NCBI GenBank assembly: GCA_951406725.2
Contig: OX597816.1
Coordinates: 95,976,001-96,040,000, forward strand
Reading direction: 5' to 3'
Source of the DNA: Octopus vulgaris
Lineage: Eukaryota
DNA length: 64,000 nt
This document shows, piece after piece, positions 40,354-53,245 of the stretch; position 1 is the first letter of the stretch, and the number at the start of each line of letters is the position of its first letter. Position numbers and translations under genes: made by a program. The notes under the pieces were generated by a model, which saw only the letters and a program-made list of their open reading frames with translations, made no database searches and had not been told where the DNA came from.

Positions 40354-41660
40354 GGCAAGATTAACGCCCTCAGACGTAGGAAGACACCCCTAAAGTGAAG
40401 ATGCTCTCACTCAGCGGGAATAAACCAAATATGGTATACATGCAAACCCAGACGAACCAAATATGGCATTCATGAGGAACAATATTTATTCTATCGAAAA
40501 ACATGATATTCAAATTTCCGTATTATCTATTCATGAGCTAATTGTAAATTCAAAATGTCGCCAGAAGACCGACAAGGCAAACACACCCTTAATTTAGGTC
40601 ATTTTTTTTTTTACCAAACTATCAAAGATAATATTCTCTAACTTGGAATGCTAACAGATTGGGGGTACATACTAGATACTGAATTAAAGACATTGATGAA
40701 GTTGGCCTAGATTTTGTTGTGGGGTCGCTCATAGACTTTATGCAGCAGTTCAAGCGCTTTTGAGCCCTGGGTAGTAGCATTCAAGTGTCTATGGAAGATG
40801 AACAAATAAAATGCATCTAATCACACTAGAACAGAATCTAGGCAAATATCAACGTAATACACATGCAAATTGTCAGCCTGTTACATCAATTGTTCTCGGA
40901 GATATCCTGACCTAAACATTGCTATTCATAGTCAGAAATGTCACTTTGAGAAAAACGCAAAATACGCTGGAAATGGTAGATTTTACAACAATGCCCAACT
41001 ATACAAGGATAATATCGCACTTTAGTGAAATATTTACAGCTTTGCACAGTCTAATAACGCCCAGAGGCATATCCATTTTGATGAGGGCGCATGTCTTGCT
41101 TTTATTATGGATTTCTGTCCAGGAACATATGTTTTTTTTTTTTCAGTCTCTGCTCATCAAATTGCCTCAGTTCCTCTCTGTGATGATGACTATAGCTGAG
41201 ACCTAAATTTTTAAACACAGGTATCCTTGCAATTTCTTCTTGATTGGAAACTATAATGGCATCATTGAGAGTTAACTCCAGGCACAATTACCCGAAAAAT
41301 GTTGATTTAGGACACCGTTCCCAAACTAAGTTGTGGAATAATTCATTGTTATTTTGTGATCCTCCGTGCAGGCACTTATTCAAGAGTTTGTCTTCAGATA
41401 AGGCTACAAATACAGATTTCATTTTATTCAGCACAAATTTTGGCAAGGAGTTTTTGTTTGGATCGCGTTTGTAGTCTAGCTTTTTCGCTGGACACCAGTC
41501 ACTACAGTCACTATGGTCCTTGGACCTATGCTTGAAAATTGCCCATATGGCTCTCTTCATGGAGGCCTTGTCATTAGAGTGGTTCCTGATGGCAGTTCCA
41601 TAATGACCCTATATGGACAGGATGACTACCTGTGTGAGCCTACCCGCACCTCTAATACCA
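40354..41660 (-). mobile_element. Kolobok/Mutator-like DNA transposon 3' part with decayed transposase C-terminus (41105-41660)
   Basis: GAGRLT...HYGTAIRN...MKRAIWAIFKH...WC...LLNKCLHGGSQNNNELFHNLVWERCPKSTFFG. Candidate terminus TTAA|GG at 40350-40355. Confidence 0.7.
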
Positions 41661-41779
41661 GTATATTTATATCATATTCAGAATGACATTTATTCTATTA
41701 TGGTATCAGCAATCAAATAAGAAATAACTCAAAAGAGTCTTGTTCTTTAACATTCACTCTGGATGAAACAAGGAAATTC

Positions 41780-41892
<113 letters not shown>

Positions 41893-41912
41893 ACTATTTA
41901 TTTATCTATCTA

Positions 41913-41953
<41 letters not shown>

Positions 41954-41957
41954 CATA

Positions 41958-42844
41958 TAATAATATAAAATGAGATACAGGTATGCAGGTGTCAGTCCAT
42001 TATGCCCGTTTCTAACGACTCCGTTAATTGATTAATTAAACCATTACATCATTGTAAAGAAACTGTTTTCGTCAGATGAATTTATGAACTTCTAAATTAG
42101 AGACATTCAAAATGATTTAACATAGTTTAAAATTCACGGAGCAAAATATTTTCAGTGATTCTGCTACTATTTCAGTTGACAGAATGGATTTACCAGAGTG
42201 GTATATATTTAATCAGGACTGCAACATTTAGTGGTTAGTAACCTTTGTAACACTATCTTTCAAAGTCTCCCTCTATCGGTATTATGGTAATTAGTAACGT
42301 TTGGGTCAGCTTTCTTTTTTTCCTTATCCTCCCTTCCCTATCCCTCACTTTCTTATTACTGTCCTCTGCCTTGTGGAGATAAAGCTTGTGAATTGGTTCC
42401 GTCACAGACGGCCTTGATAATTTAGTCGGTTGACCTCACCACAAATCATTTTCTTTCCATTGACCTGTAGGCAATAAACAATTCCTTAATAGATAAACCC
42501 AAGACTAATGGAGCCGCGCCCTCCTCTTTTGTTAGAAGTTGAGATAATTAGGTCACTAGAGTTATTATTTCTTCCCCCTCCTAAAAACTCAGTTCTGATT
42601 AAATTTACACTATTCTGGTAAATCCATTCTGTCAACTAAGATAGTAGCAGAACCACTGAAAATGTTTTGCTCTGTGGATTTTAAACTGTTAAATCATTTC
42701 GATTGTCCTTAATTTTGGAGTCCATGAATTCATCTGACGATAACGGTTTCTTTTGTGATTATATAATGCTTTCATTAATCAACTGGAGGAGTTTACAAAC
42801 GGTCTTGATGGATTGACAGCTGTATCTCTACTGTTACTCATTTA
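41958..42844. repeat. Old inverted-repeat element (arms ~41958-42200 / 42608-42844 + 49085-49092), each arm with a decayed HHR
   Basis: GTTGACAGAATGGATTTACCAGA / TCTGGTAAATCCATTCTGTCAAC. CTGACGA at 42069-42075 (-) and 42734-42740 (+). Confidence 0.75.
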
Positions 42845-44049
42845 GGATCTTTTCAGTTTGAAGGCCAGATTTTCCTAGTTAACAAAACAATTTGAAACTT
42901 CGTATATTGGTAGAATGTGTCAAAAGAAAACATAATTGTAAACCAAAATGAAAACGGAATTGTAATTTCTAAGTTTAACGTTGTTTAATAATTCGAATTT
43001 TAACCAATGGTATTCTTTCTTTCGACCTCATATTATTTACTGCCTCTCAAAATATTGTTACTGTGACGTAAACAGCTATTTTGTGACGTAGTTAACGTAA
43101 ACATGTAAACAGACCTACAGATTCGTTTGTAACGTAAACATCCGCTCATCGTAAATTCGCTTGGCATCGTACACAGCTTTTTCAGTTCCCTAGAATTATA
43201 TTTGAAAGAAAATAAAAAGAAAAAGATTCATACGCATAAATATCCATCCTTAGACATCAGAAAATGAGTGTTTAAATTATTTTCCATTGTTTGCATTGGT
43301 TACACACACACACACACACACATACACATACATACATACACACATACATACATACACACATACTAAAATTACATCGTTGGAGCAGTAATTTATTTATGTA
43401 TTTTTTGTTATACAATTTATTTTAAAGCTGAATCCCTATCCCGCCATTAACCCCTTTCTTATAAAATAGTTGAAGAATCTGGGGTGTAGGTATTGGGCCA
43501 GTATTGGAACTTTTAACTTCTTGCTCTCTATCTTATGATCTCCGAAATTTAAGAATCTTGTGTTAACTGGGATCTTATTATTTACTCTGACTCTGCCACC
43601 ACCTCAATGCAAAGACTATCAATATCAGAACCATCTTCACAACCACCACTACAACCATTACTACAACCTCCAATGCCACCACCACAACCATCTTCTGCCA
43701 CCACAACCCCAAGATCAATACCAGCATCATATTCAAAATCACTAATTTCACCACCACTACACTCTGCAATGTCTTCAACACTACCATCCATGAGACATCC
43801 TAACATAATCAATGCTACTACTACTATCATCATCATTATCATTATCATCCACTGCCGCCGCCACCACCACCACCACCTCTACAAAAACACCAACACTATA
43901 ATTGCTGCCATCATACACGTCCACTGTCACCACTACACCACCACTGCCATGATAACCACATCTACCACCTCCAACACCATTGCCGCCACTATCTATGAGA
44001 CATCCTAAGTTAGATACTACTTTCACTTTCTAGTTGCTCTTTGAGTTTA

Positions 44050-44446
44050 TCTTTATATATAAAAGAGAGGTTGTGTGTCTGTCTCCTACGATTTAGATTC
44101 CTAACTACTCCCACATTTTGCGGTGCAGTTTAACCAAAACCGGGTATCTTATAGTCGTGATTCATATCGAGCCCTTCTGGGTATTAGCGCGCGTCTACGA
44201 TGAGTCTACGATTTAAAAGAAAATTTACCATCATTTTTTTCCATTTTAATGCATTTTTTCGATATTATATAAGGGAAGTAACTCTCTAAAAATGTCTACG
44301 ATGAGTCAACGATTTCAAAAAAAATTTACCATCATTTTTTTCCATTTTTAATGCATTTTTTTTGCTATTTTTGGCTATAACTCTCTAAAAATGCTTATAT
44401 AGTTATTTCCCTTACAAACCCGAGCAACGCCGGGCGATACTGCTAG
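44050..44446 (+). mobile_element. Non-autonomous Helitron
   Basis: A|TC start, CTAG|T end, subterminal hairpin CCCGAGCAACGCCGGG, and an internal ~100 bp direct duplication (~44194-44390). Confidence 0.85.
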
Positions 44447-44954
44447 TTATATCTAATCTATCTCTCTAAAAGATGCAAAGCAAGTAGCATTAAATGGTGA
44501 ATGGATGTGAGCAGAAAGAGAGTAAGTTCCATTCCAGTTTACAACAATTATAGAATTATTCTCAAACCATAAATGAAGGGTGGAGAGGAGTGAAGGAGGA
44601 GTCATGTTTCCTCTGAGAGGTTACAGAAGTAATAAGCACTGAAAAGTGGAGTTTGCGTTATTATTTTTGTTTCATAGTTTACAATTATTTCTACAAATTC
44701 ATTTTGACTTATCTTCAATCATGTTTATAAACGTGACCGCTGTGCCGTCCACTATAAACATTGATCAATGTCCTATATTTAAGCGGTAGACAAACACTTC
44801 AGCATATTATTTTTTGTAGAGAGTTGCGAGGGATCATTTCTATGAACGGGGTATCTGTACAACGGATATGACAACATCATTAATTGTGGAGTCGTTTAAA
44901 AACACGATGCAAGATTAAGTCAACATGGAATTTTTGAAACAATCATAAATTGTT

Positions 44955-45105
44955 CTATATTTTAGAGATGAGGAATTCTGTACAATATTTACATTTTTTA
45001 CATTGGGCGGATATTTGTCCTCATCTTGTTTGTTGCTATCACAAAATTTCGGCTGATTTACTCTCCAGCCTTCATCAGGTGTCCTGGTAGAATTTTGAAT
45101 CCAGC
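44955..45105 (-). mobile_element. pLTR-like fragment with a decayed HHR (family D)
   Basis: Minus strand CAC-CTGATGA-A-GGCTG-gagagtaaat-CAGCC-GAAA-TTTT-GTG (45040-45081). Confidence 0.6.
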
Positions 45106-45552
45106 CCTAGGTTCTAAGGTGCCACGCAGTGTGAATGAACCCGAAACTATGTGGCTGGTATGGCCTGTCAGGGAGTCACCATTGCTTTCGCACCTTTTAC
45201 GTTCTTAGCAGTGGGAGACGTCTATATTGCTAAGAGTATAAAAAGTGTGAAACCAATGGTAACGTCCTGACTGGTCGTAAACCACAACTACATTAGATAT
45301 TACTACGATATATCTAAAAAAACATTTACTTGTCTCAGTCATTCGACATATTCTATCGGTTAATTTCGTCGAACTTCTAAGTTGCGGGGATGGAAAGGAA
45401 GTCAACAAGCGGTTGTCTGGGACAAGCACGAAGCTAGCCCCCTCCGGCCCACAAACACGTATATACGACGGGCTTTTTTCAGTTTCCATCGTCCAAATCT
45501 ATTTGACCTAGTGACCAGGCAGCAAACTTCTTGTCACACAGTCACTACTACG

Positions 45553-45617
<65 letters not shown>

Positions 45618-46073
45618 GTCCCCGTAGCTTAGCGTTTTGGAAAAAGAAACCGATAGAATAAGTGCTAGGGTTCCAAAGAGTACGTCCTGGGGTCGATTTC
45701 TATAACTAAAAAACCTTCAAACTCTGCTTGTTGTTCTTTCACCTGTCTTCGTCGTTTGTTTTCTTTTGGCCCCACTTGAGTTTTGAAACTGAATGGGTAA
45801 ATTTCCTCCTAACTATAGAGCCTTATTGTTCTGTTGAGGAACAATGTTGTTTTATTCAACCGATGGCCTTCCCAACATTTGATTGATGTATTTTCCTTTT
45901 GACCCATAACCCTTCTAGTTTGTAAAGGGTTTAAATAAATAATATAAGGGATCTTTACCCTTTCAACGGCAGATCGAGAAATATATTTTTTGTAACTAAA
46001 CACTTTCAACCTTCGGACACTAACCCTAACCCTAATGTGTCATATAAAACATATTTTACTTTTAATGTTACGC

Positions 46074-46405
46074 TTGACCGCGGCCATGCAGGAGCATCGC
46101 CTTTAATCGAGCAACTCGACCCCGGGACTTATTCTTTTTGTAAGCCAAGTACTTATTCTATCGGTCTCTTTTGCCGAACCGCTAAGTAAGGGGGACATAA
46201 ATACACCAGCACCGGTTGTCAAGCAATGCTAGGGGGACAAACACAGACACACAAACACACACACATACATACATATATATATATATATGACGGGCTTCTT
46301 TCAGTTTCCGTCTACCAAATCCCACTCACAAGGCTTTGGTTGGCCCGAGGTTATAGTAGAAGACACTTGCCCAAGGTGCCAGACAGTGGGACTGAACCCG
46401 GAATC
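46074..46405 (-). mobile_element. CORE-type tRNA SINE (octopus OR-like); further fragments at 45115-45160, 45400-45510 and 45615-45720
   Basis: Minus strand CCGGGTTCAGTCCC (B box) followed by GGCACCTTGGGCAAGTGTCTT (CORE) and an internal (TA)/(TG) tract. Confidence 0.8.
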
Positions 46406-46884
46406 AGCTACTCCAATATTTTTTAAACATCTGGCCTGTAAAACTTACTATTCCTCTAAATATTTTATAAGTCATCATACTATTTTTATCTTATAAAAAC
46501 AATGACCGAAGGAGTGAGAAGATTAGATTATTCATGAAGCGTCTTCATAAAAACAAAAACACAGAACTCCTTTAGCATCTTAAATAAATACAATATCAGT
46601 TCCAATGAAAGTAAAAAGACCGGTTTTCCTTGACCAACTTTACTGACGTCAGCATTTGAATGGATAGGTATAGGGGTGTTTACAACTCTGTTTTATTACG
46701 ATTAACTCATTCTATTGGGCTCTGAAAGATAAGACAAAAACCAGCCGAGCAGGATTTGAAATGATAATTGTAAAATAATGCAAATGTCGGTTTACCTATA
46801 CATGTGTGCCCCTACCCGACCAACTTTGTTGCCTCACAACTTCCAGAAAAATGTAAATTTTTTTAATGAAATTTTAAAAAAATA

Positions 46885-47394
46885 CCGTTAATCCTCGAGT
46901 ATAGTCTGCCCTTGAGTATAATACGCAGGGGATTTTTAGGGGGCTGTACCTCTGGAAAACCTAAACCTTGTGTATAATACGCACCCCTTCTCTAACTTCA
47001 GTCAAGGAGGTATATATCGTCCTTGGTTTCTAAAAATGTATACGATAACGTTCTTTATTATTATTGTATATATAACATAATGCAAACGTTTAGCTTTTTT
47101 GTGCATTTTGTTTACAGAAAATAAAGAAATAACAGTAATAACGTTTAATAAATGTTGCTTATTGCAAGTTATGGATGATTCTTTTATGACTTCATTGCTT
47201 TCAGGCTTAGCTTAAGGTATTTTCGAGCCCGACATCACAAAATGCCTCTGAATAAACATTGCCTGACAGCAAATAGAGACTTGGACATTGCTTAGAAAAT
47301 AATTTCCATTTTTAACCTCATATATAGTACGCACTAGGGATTTTGACCTTTAAATTTTGGGAAAATAATGCGGATTATACTTGAGGATTTACGG
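46885..47394. mobile_element. pogo/Tc2-type MITE with TA TSD
   Basis: TA|CCGTTAATCCTCGAGTATA ... TATACTTGAGGATTTACGG|TA. Confidence 0.85.
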
Positions 47395-47861
47395 TATGTT
47401 TTAGATTGTGTATATTCCGCTTACATAGGAATTTGATATTTAAAAAGATTCTGTGGTTAGGAAGAGGGGTTTCGGGAAATTCAGATGAGTTGACTTTCTT
47501 TCCTCATAACTTGGGTATTTTTTAATGAAATTTGCTACAAATACTTTTCAGAATGTATATATTCAGATTATATTGGAATTTGATGTGAAAAGGAAAATAG
47601 TGGCACACATCACAATTTCTTTCGAAATCTCAAGTTTCATTTTGTACATATATATGATATCCATTAGTACATATGTGCATAAAAGCCCACCATTTTTGTA
47701 TTTTCTTTTGTTATATTAAAACTCCAGCGTTTTCGATAGCCGCTCATGAAAAAGTGAAAGTCTTTCTTCGGCAATTTCTTGATTTCAGCAACTATTTTCG
47801 TAAAAAAAAATTTGCCCCCTACCCCTCCACCTCCAATTTCTTCATTTCTCGCTTGTTTCCT

Positions 47862-47987
47862 TAACTCTAATCCTAAATCCCAACCCTAACCCTAAAACCC
47901 AAAACCTAACCCTAACTCTAAAACCCTAACCATAAAACCTAGCTCTAAAACCCTAACCCTAAAACCCTAACCTTAAAACCCAAACCC
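47862..47987 (+). repeat. Degenerate interstitial telomere-like (TAACCC/TAAAACCC)n array
   Basis: AACCCTAACCCTAAAACCC-type units. A short copy also lies at 46020-46035. Confidence 0.8.
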
Positions 47988-48567
47988 GGATCTTTTCTTT
48001 TTGAAAGCCAGATTTTTCAGAGTTTTCTAGTTAACTAAATAATTTGAAACTTCGTATACTGCTAGAATGTGTCAAAAGAAAACAATAATTTCAACTAGTT
48101 TTTTTGACAAAAATATATTTTATAAGTTTAAACGTAGTTTAAATCTGCGAATTTTAACCAATCATATTGTCTGTTTTCATTTGAAATTATTAGCTGCATA
48201 GTGTTAATGTGACGTAGATAGCTATTTTGTGAGTGGGTAAGCAGTAAGCAAACAGCTGTGGTAGATGTGGTTATCATGGCAGTGGTGGTAGTGGTGACAG
48301 TGGATGTGTATGATGGCAGCAATTATAGTGTTGGTGTTTTTGTAGAGGTGGTGGTGGTGGTGGTGGCCGTGGATGATGATGATAATGATGATGATAGTAG
48401 TAGTAGCATTGATTATGTTAGGATGTCTCATGGATGGTAGTGTTGGTGTGTGTGTGTGTGGGTGTATGTATGGATCAAAACAGTTTGATTCAAATTCTGT
48501 GGTACTTATATATTCATACATACATATACATGTAGATGTATATAACATATATATATTGTATGTAAAC

Positions 48568-48607
<40 letters not shown>

Positions 48608-51600
48608 GTATGCATCTATAATACACATACATTATAAATATATACACATATATGCATATGCATTAGAATATGTGTGTATAGGTGTATATATATATATATA
48701 TATATATGCATATGTTTGTATACATGTGTGTGTAGTTATTTAGGATCTACACACATTTTATATATACTCCACGAAGTTTATGATAAGCGGAGATGTTTAC
48801 ATTTTAGTTAGCTATTTACATGTTTACGTTAACTACGTCACAAAATAGCTGTTTACGTCACAGTAACAATATTTTGAGAAGTAAATAATATGAGGCCGAA
48901 AGAAAAAATATCATTGGTTAAAATACGAATTTTTAAACAACGTTAAACTTAGAAATTACAATTCCGTTTTCATTTTGGTTTACAATTATGTTTTCTTTTG
49001 ACACATTCTACCAGTATACGAAGTTTCAAATTGTTTAGTTAACTAGGAAAATCTGGCCTTCAAACTGAAAAGATCCCTCATTTATATTATATTATATTCA
49101 CCTATCTCCGAATCTGCCTTTCGTAAATATTACGAACTGTATACTTAATATAATGTACATGTCTGAGTAGCACAAAAAACGGATTTCTTTATTCATCTGG
49201 GTCTAATTGTCTATATACACTGCATGAATATCATTCAGCGGATTTATATACCAAGTTTGATATTCACATAAAATTGTTGTGAGTATATCTTATTCCGACC
49301 TAACGTGGTGCCTCAATTTAAGTAACTAATCCAACTGAATCTTACTCATATATATATATATATATATATATATACTCAGAACGCAAAAACCGACGAAATG
49401 CCGCTAAGTAGGGTGTGCTAACGCTTCTGCCAACTTGCTATCTTAAATAATTATAAGAATATTTTCAAATTTTCGCACGAGGCTACCAAGTTTTGGGGAG
49501 ATGGTAAGTCGTTTACATCGTCTCTGTTGTTCGGCTGGAAGTTATATTTTATCGATGAAAAGTAAAGTCGACCTCCGTAGAATTTCAACTCAGAACGTAA
49601 AGACAGATGAAATGCCCCCTAAGCATTTTGCCCAACGCTGCCAACTCGTCGCTTCCAAAAGTAAAAGGATTTAGGATTACACCCAGTAAGCTAATCGCTA
49701 TTTAATAACTGATAAGGTTTTGTAATTGCAAAGGGATAAGTTTGTAGGAAAAATTGAATAGAAATCAGAAGTTGAAGAAAAAGCAAAATATTGTGGTTAA
49801 TGATTAATAAATTGCAATAATATTAGAAAGAGAAAATAAATATAAATAATAGTGAAAATAAACTGAAATCCTAGGAGAGGTGTATATATTCGAAATGTGT
49901 TAAATAATTAAAGAGTAAATATGACTGTTTATTTTGTAAAATAAAAGACCAAAGCTATTAACAAGAAATAATTACGATATAAACAGGTGAATATAAAGAG
50001 AAATCAGGGTTGTTATAAATATGATAAAGAAACACATTGTATGGAGTTAATTACAGAAGGGTTTAAAATTCAATACTGAAACTACTTAGATAAGATCAAG
50101 TAGGAAAAATTATTTTTTCATATTCTAATTAAAATCAAGACATTAATACATCATTTAATCGATGTAGAAAGACATGGAAGGGAAATTCATATAAGACAGG
50201 GTAACTATAAACAAACAAAAAATGTAAAATAAAAGTTAGGTAGGCTAAAGATTAAATTTAATTAATTAAATGAAATCAAACTAGATTTAATTAAAGTGAA
50301 GATAAACATGATCACCCACCTCACCCACTCTGCAACGTATTCCATTTCACTTGACTGAAAAAACTTAGAATAGCTTTATTTTCTGTTCATCGATCTTTGC
50401 TTTTTAGTATATAGTTATTAACCTACCAAGTTATATATAGCGGTTAGATTTAGCTTTGACTTTCATTGATACGCAGTAAAATCTCTTTATTATTGGCATA
50501 CGCTTTTTCTTTATTATTTGATTTAAAACTTTAATGGTAACTCTGTGTTATTGCGAAGGAATCTTTTCAAATGAATCTTTTATAAAGAAATGCAATGCCA
50601 AAGATTTTTGAGCTATTCATCTTGAAGTATTCAACGAATACTTTTTTATCAAAACTATATAGTTTCCTGCAAATTTTACTCATCTAGTCAATGAGCTTAT
50701 CAAGATACTTTCTTTAAATCTTTAAATTATATCTTTTAGAAACAATGCTTTCAAGGAAATTCTACCTATCAGAAAGCTTTTTTTGCATTAGCAAATTACT
50801 CCTCTTAAAGATGCTGTTACTCTGTCTCTCTCAACTTTATTTCTATCTCCACATATTTCGTCATTCCTCTCTCTATTCTTGTCTACTCTATCAATATCTT
50901 TCACCCTTCAGTTTACTATCACTTACCATATTGCTAAATGGCATTACACATTTCTATGTACATACACGTGTGTGTGTGTATGTGCATTCGTGCGTGCGTG
51001 CAGGAGTGTTATAGATATTCACTAAGTGATACTCAAATAAATCAAAACTTGAGCTCCTTCATCCAGATCAGCTAGGTGGCTCCAGCTTGAAACCTTGCTA
51101 CAAAAGCGATCTTCATCAAGCGAGTATCGAAGTAAAAAAGGCAGATAAGCAACCACAAAAACAGTGGATTTACATAGTATACTAAAAACATCTCAAGTCG
51201 TATACAATATTATTATAGGAAGAAGTTCAAAATCTTACAGTTGATTCAGGGATATCCCCGAGTATGGGATATTCTGTCATCAGAGAGAAACGGGGCTGGT
51301 GGTGGCAAAAATAGGGAAAATGAGAATGGCATATATTAAGATGACAACGTAGAGGAAGGGAGTAAAAGAATGAGATGAAAAGAAAGAAGAAAACAGAAAC
51401 ATAAAAGTTCATAGTTCGATTTTCCTAAGTTATAGACACCAGAACATGAGTCCTTAGGTGCAATCCTGCGTAGATCCATGAGTGTAAGTCCTACGCAGGA
51501 ATGCACCTAAGGACTCATGAACTTTTATGCTTCTTTTTTCTTCTTTCTTTATGTTATGCTTTACAATTTTCAACTGACGAGATGCATACGCACAGACGCG

Positions 51601-51669
51601 CACATACGCACAGATGCATACATTTATTTATACACACACGCACACGCGCACGCACGCACACACACACAT

Positions 51670-52182
51670 ATCATCAATAGTTTATATATCCGAAATAGAA
51701 GTACACTCTAAAACATTAGATCAGTAATACATTTTTAGAAGGTTGATTGTTATGGCCGGTCAGTGAGTGATCATTGGTTTCGAACCTATAAAGCGCTTAG
51801 CCCCGTAGGTGACTCGTCAGACTCAAATGACTGGAGGCCCCCTTCAGTAGAAGAGAGGTTATGTACCTCGGGCCATTTGTGTCTGACGAGTCGCCTCGGT
51901 GCGAAAACCAATGGTCACTCTCTGAGAGAGAGAGATAGAGAGAGAGAAGAGAGAAGAGGAGAGAGAGAGGGAGAGAGAGAGGGAGAAAGGGGGAGAATTA
52001 ATTAAAATGAGTTGGTTAATTGCGTGAAATAATAATCAAAATTTGCTTTATGTTCGTATTTAGGCGTGACTGCTGTTTCAATGAACGTAGTGTCCTTATT
52101 TATAAGCTCTTGTTCAGATGCTGTTCAATTATGTTGATATAAAGGAAATAATTTGGAGTTTGGTGGGAGATTTATCTATGTA
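51670..52182 (+). mobile_element. ~500 bp repeat family B carrying two divergent HHRs
   Basis: Homologous in inverted orientation to 54335-54815. HHR cores at 51764-51825 (-) and 51879-51920 (+). Confidence 0.8.
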
Positions 52183-52444
52183 TTCGGTGAATGAATGGAA
52201 TCCCGAACTTTCCAGTAGGTAAGGACACTCCCACAGTTTGGTCAGAACCAAGAGTCATAAATTTGGGTGACCGGACTATGGGAGTGTCCAAACCAAATGG
52301 AAGGTTCGGAATTCCATTTTAGACTACACCCACCCTCATGCCCATATATATTAAGAAGAAGGAAGCACTCAGAATTTTGAATAATTCCTTATTAGCGCTT
52401 TCGTCTGTCAATAGGACATACATACATACATACAATATATATAC

Positions 52445-52503
<59 letters not shown>

Positions 52504-52525
52504 GAGAAAGTTGGTTTGTGAAAGC

Positions 52526-52623
<98 letters not shown>

Positions 52624-52947
52624 CATACATATAAGAGGGATATTACCCCTTACGTAATCACGATTACGTAAGTGGTAACAACGAAACTGGTTTGTGATTA
52701 ATCTGTATATTTTGTATTTTTTCCTTTGTCTTACTCACTTAGGTTCTGGTGTTTGCTAAATTTTCTTGAGAACATTATTTTCTTAGTGGTAAGACCATAG
52801 GGGGTCGACTTCTAGCATATGGATGTCCACTTAGTGTTCCCCCCTCTTATATGTATGTAATATCATTTTTTTGAATCTTCATATTTTTCTATATGCTAGA
52901 CCACTGGTTTTAAATTCATATTAATCAAATTATTATTTTAAGTTTAA

Positions 52948-53010
<63 letters not shown>

Positions 53011-53177
53011 TATGTATGTATGTATGTATATGTATGTATACACACACAAACAAACCTGTATATATACATATATAAATATAAATATACATGTGTATACATA
53101 CATACTTACGCATATACATGTATGCATGCAAGCATGCATATACACACACATACATACATGTGTTTGTGTGTGTGTGT

Positions 53178-53245
53178 GTGCGTGCGCCTGTGCGTGCGCC
53201 TGTGCGTGCGCCTGTGCGTGCGCCTGTGCGTGCGCCTGTGCGTGC
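53178..53245 (+). repeat. 12 bp minisatellite (GTGCGTGCGCCT) x~5
   Basis: Directly visible. Explains the TGAR/AQAH repeat ORFs. Confidence 0.9.

Larger units (their letters stand above)
42845..49076. mobile_element. 6.2 kb non-autonomous DNA transposon with ~300 bp TIRs, GG...CC ends and 8 bp TSD (Merlin-like)
   Basis: GGATCTTTTCAGTTTGAAGGCCAGATTTTCCTAGTTAAC at 42845 and its reverse complement ending at 49076. CTCATTTA on both sides (42837-42844, 49077-49084). Confidence 0.85.

Noticed and set aside
43560-44026. Pro/His/Thr-rich ORFs as a host exon
   Set aside because: Degenerate CAC/CAT repeat, open on both strands, duplicated at 48257-48446 and inside a transposon.
47988-49076. Independent 1.1 kb TIR element
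   Set aside because: The flanks do not form a TSD. The right end matches the 42845 end in both sequence and TSD.
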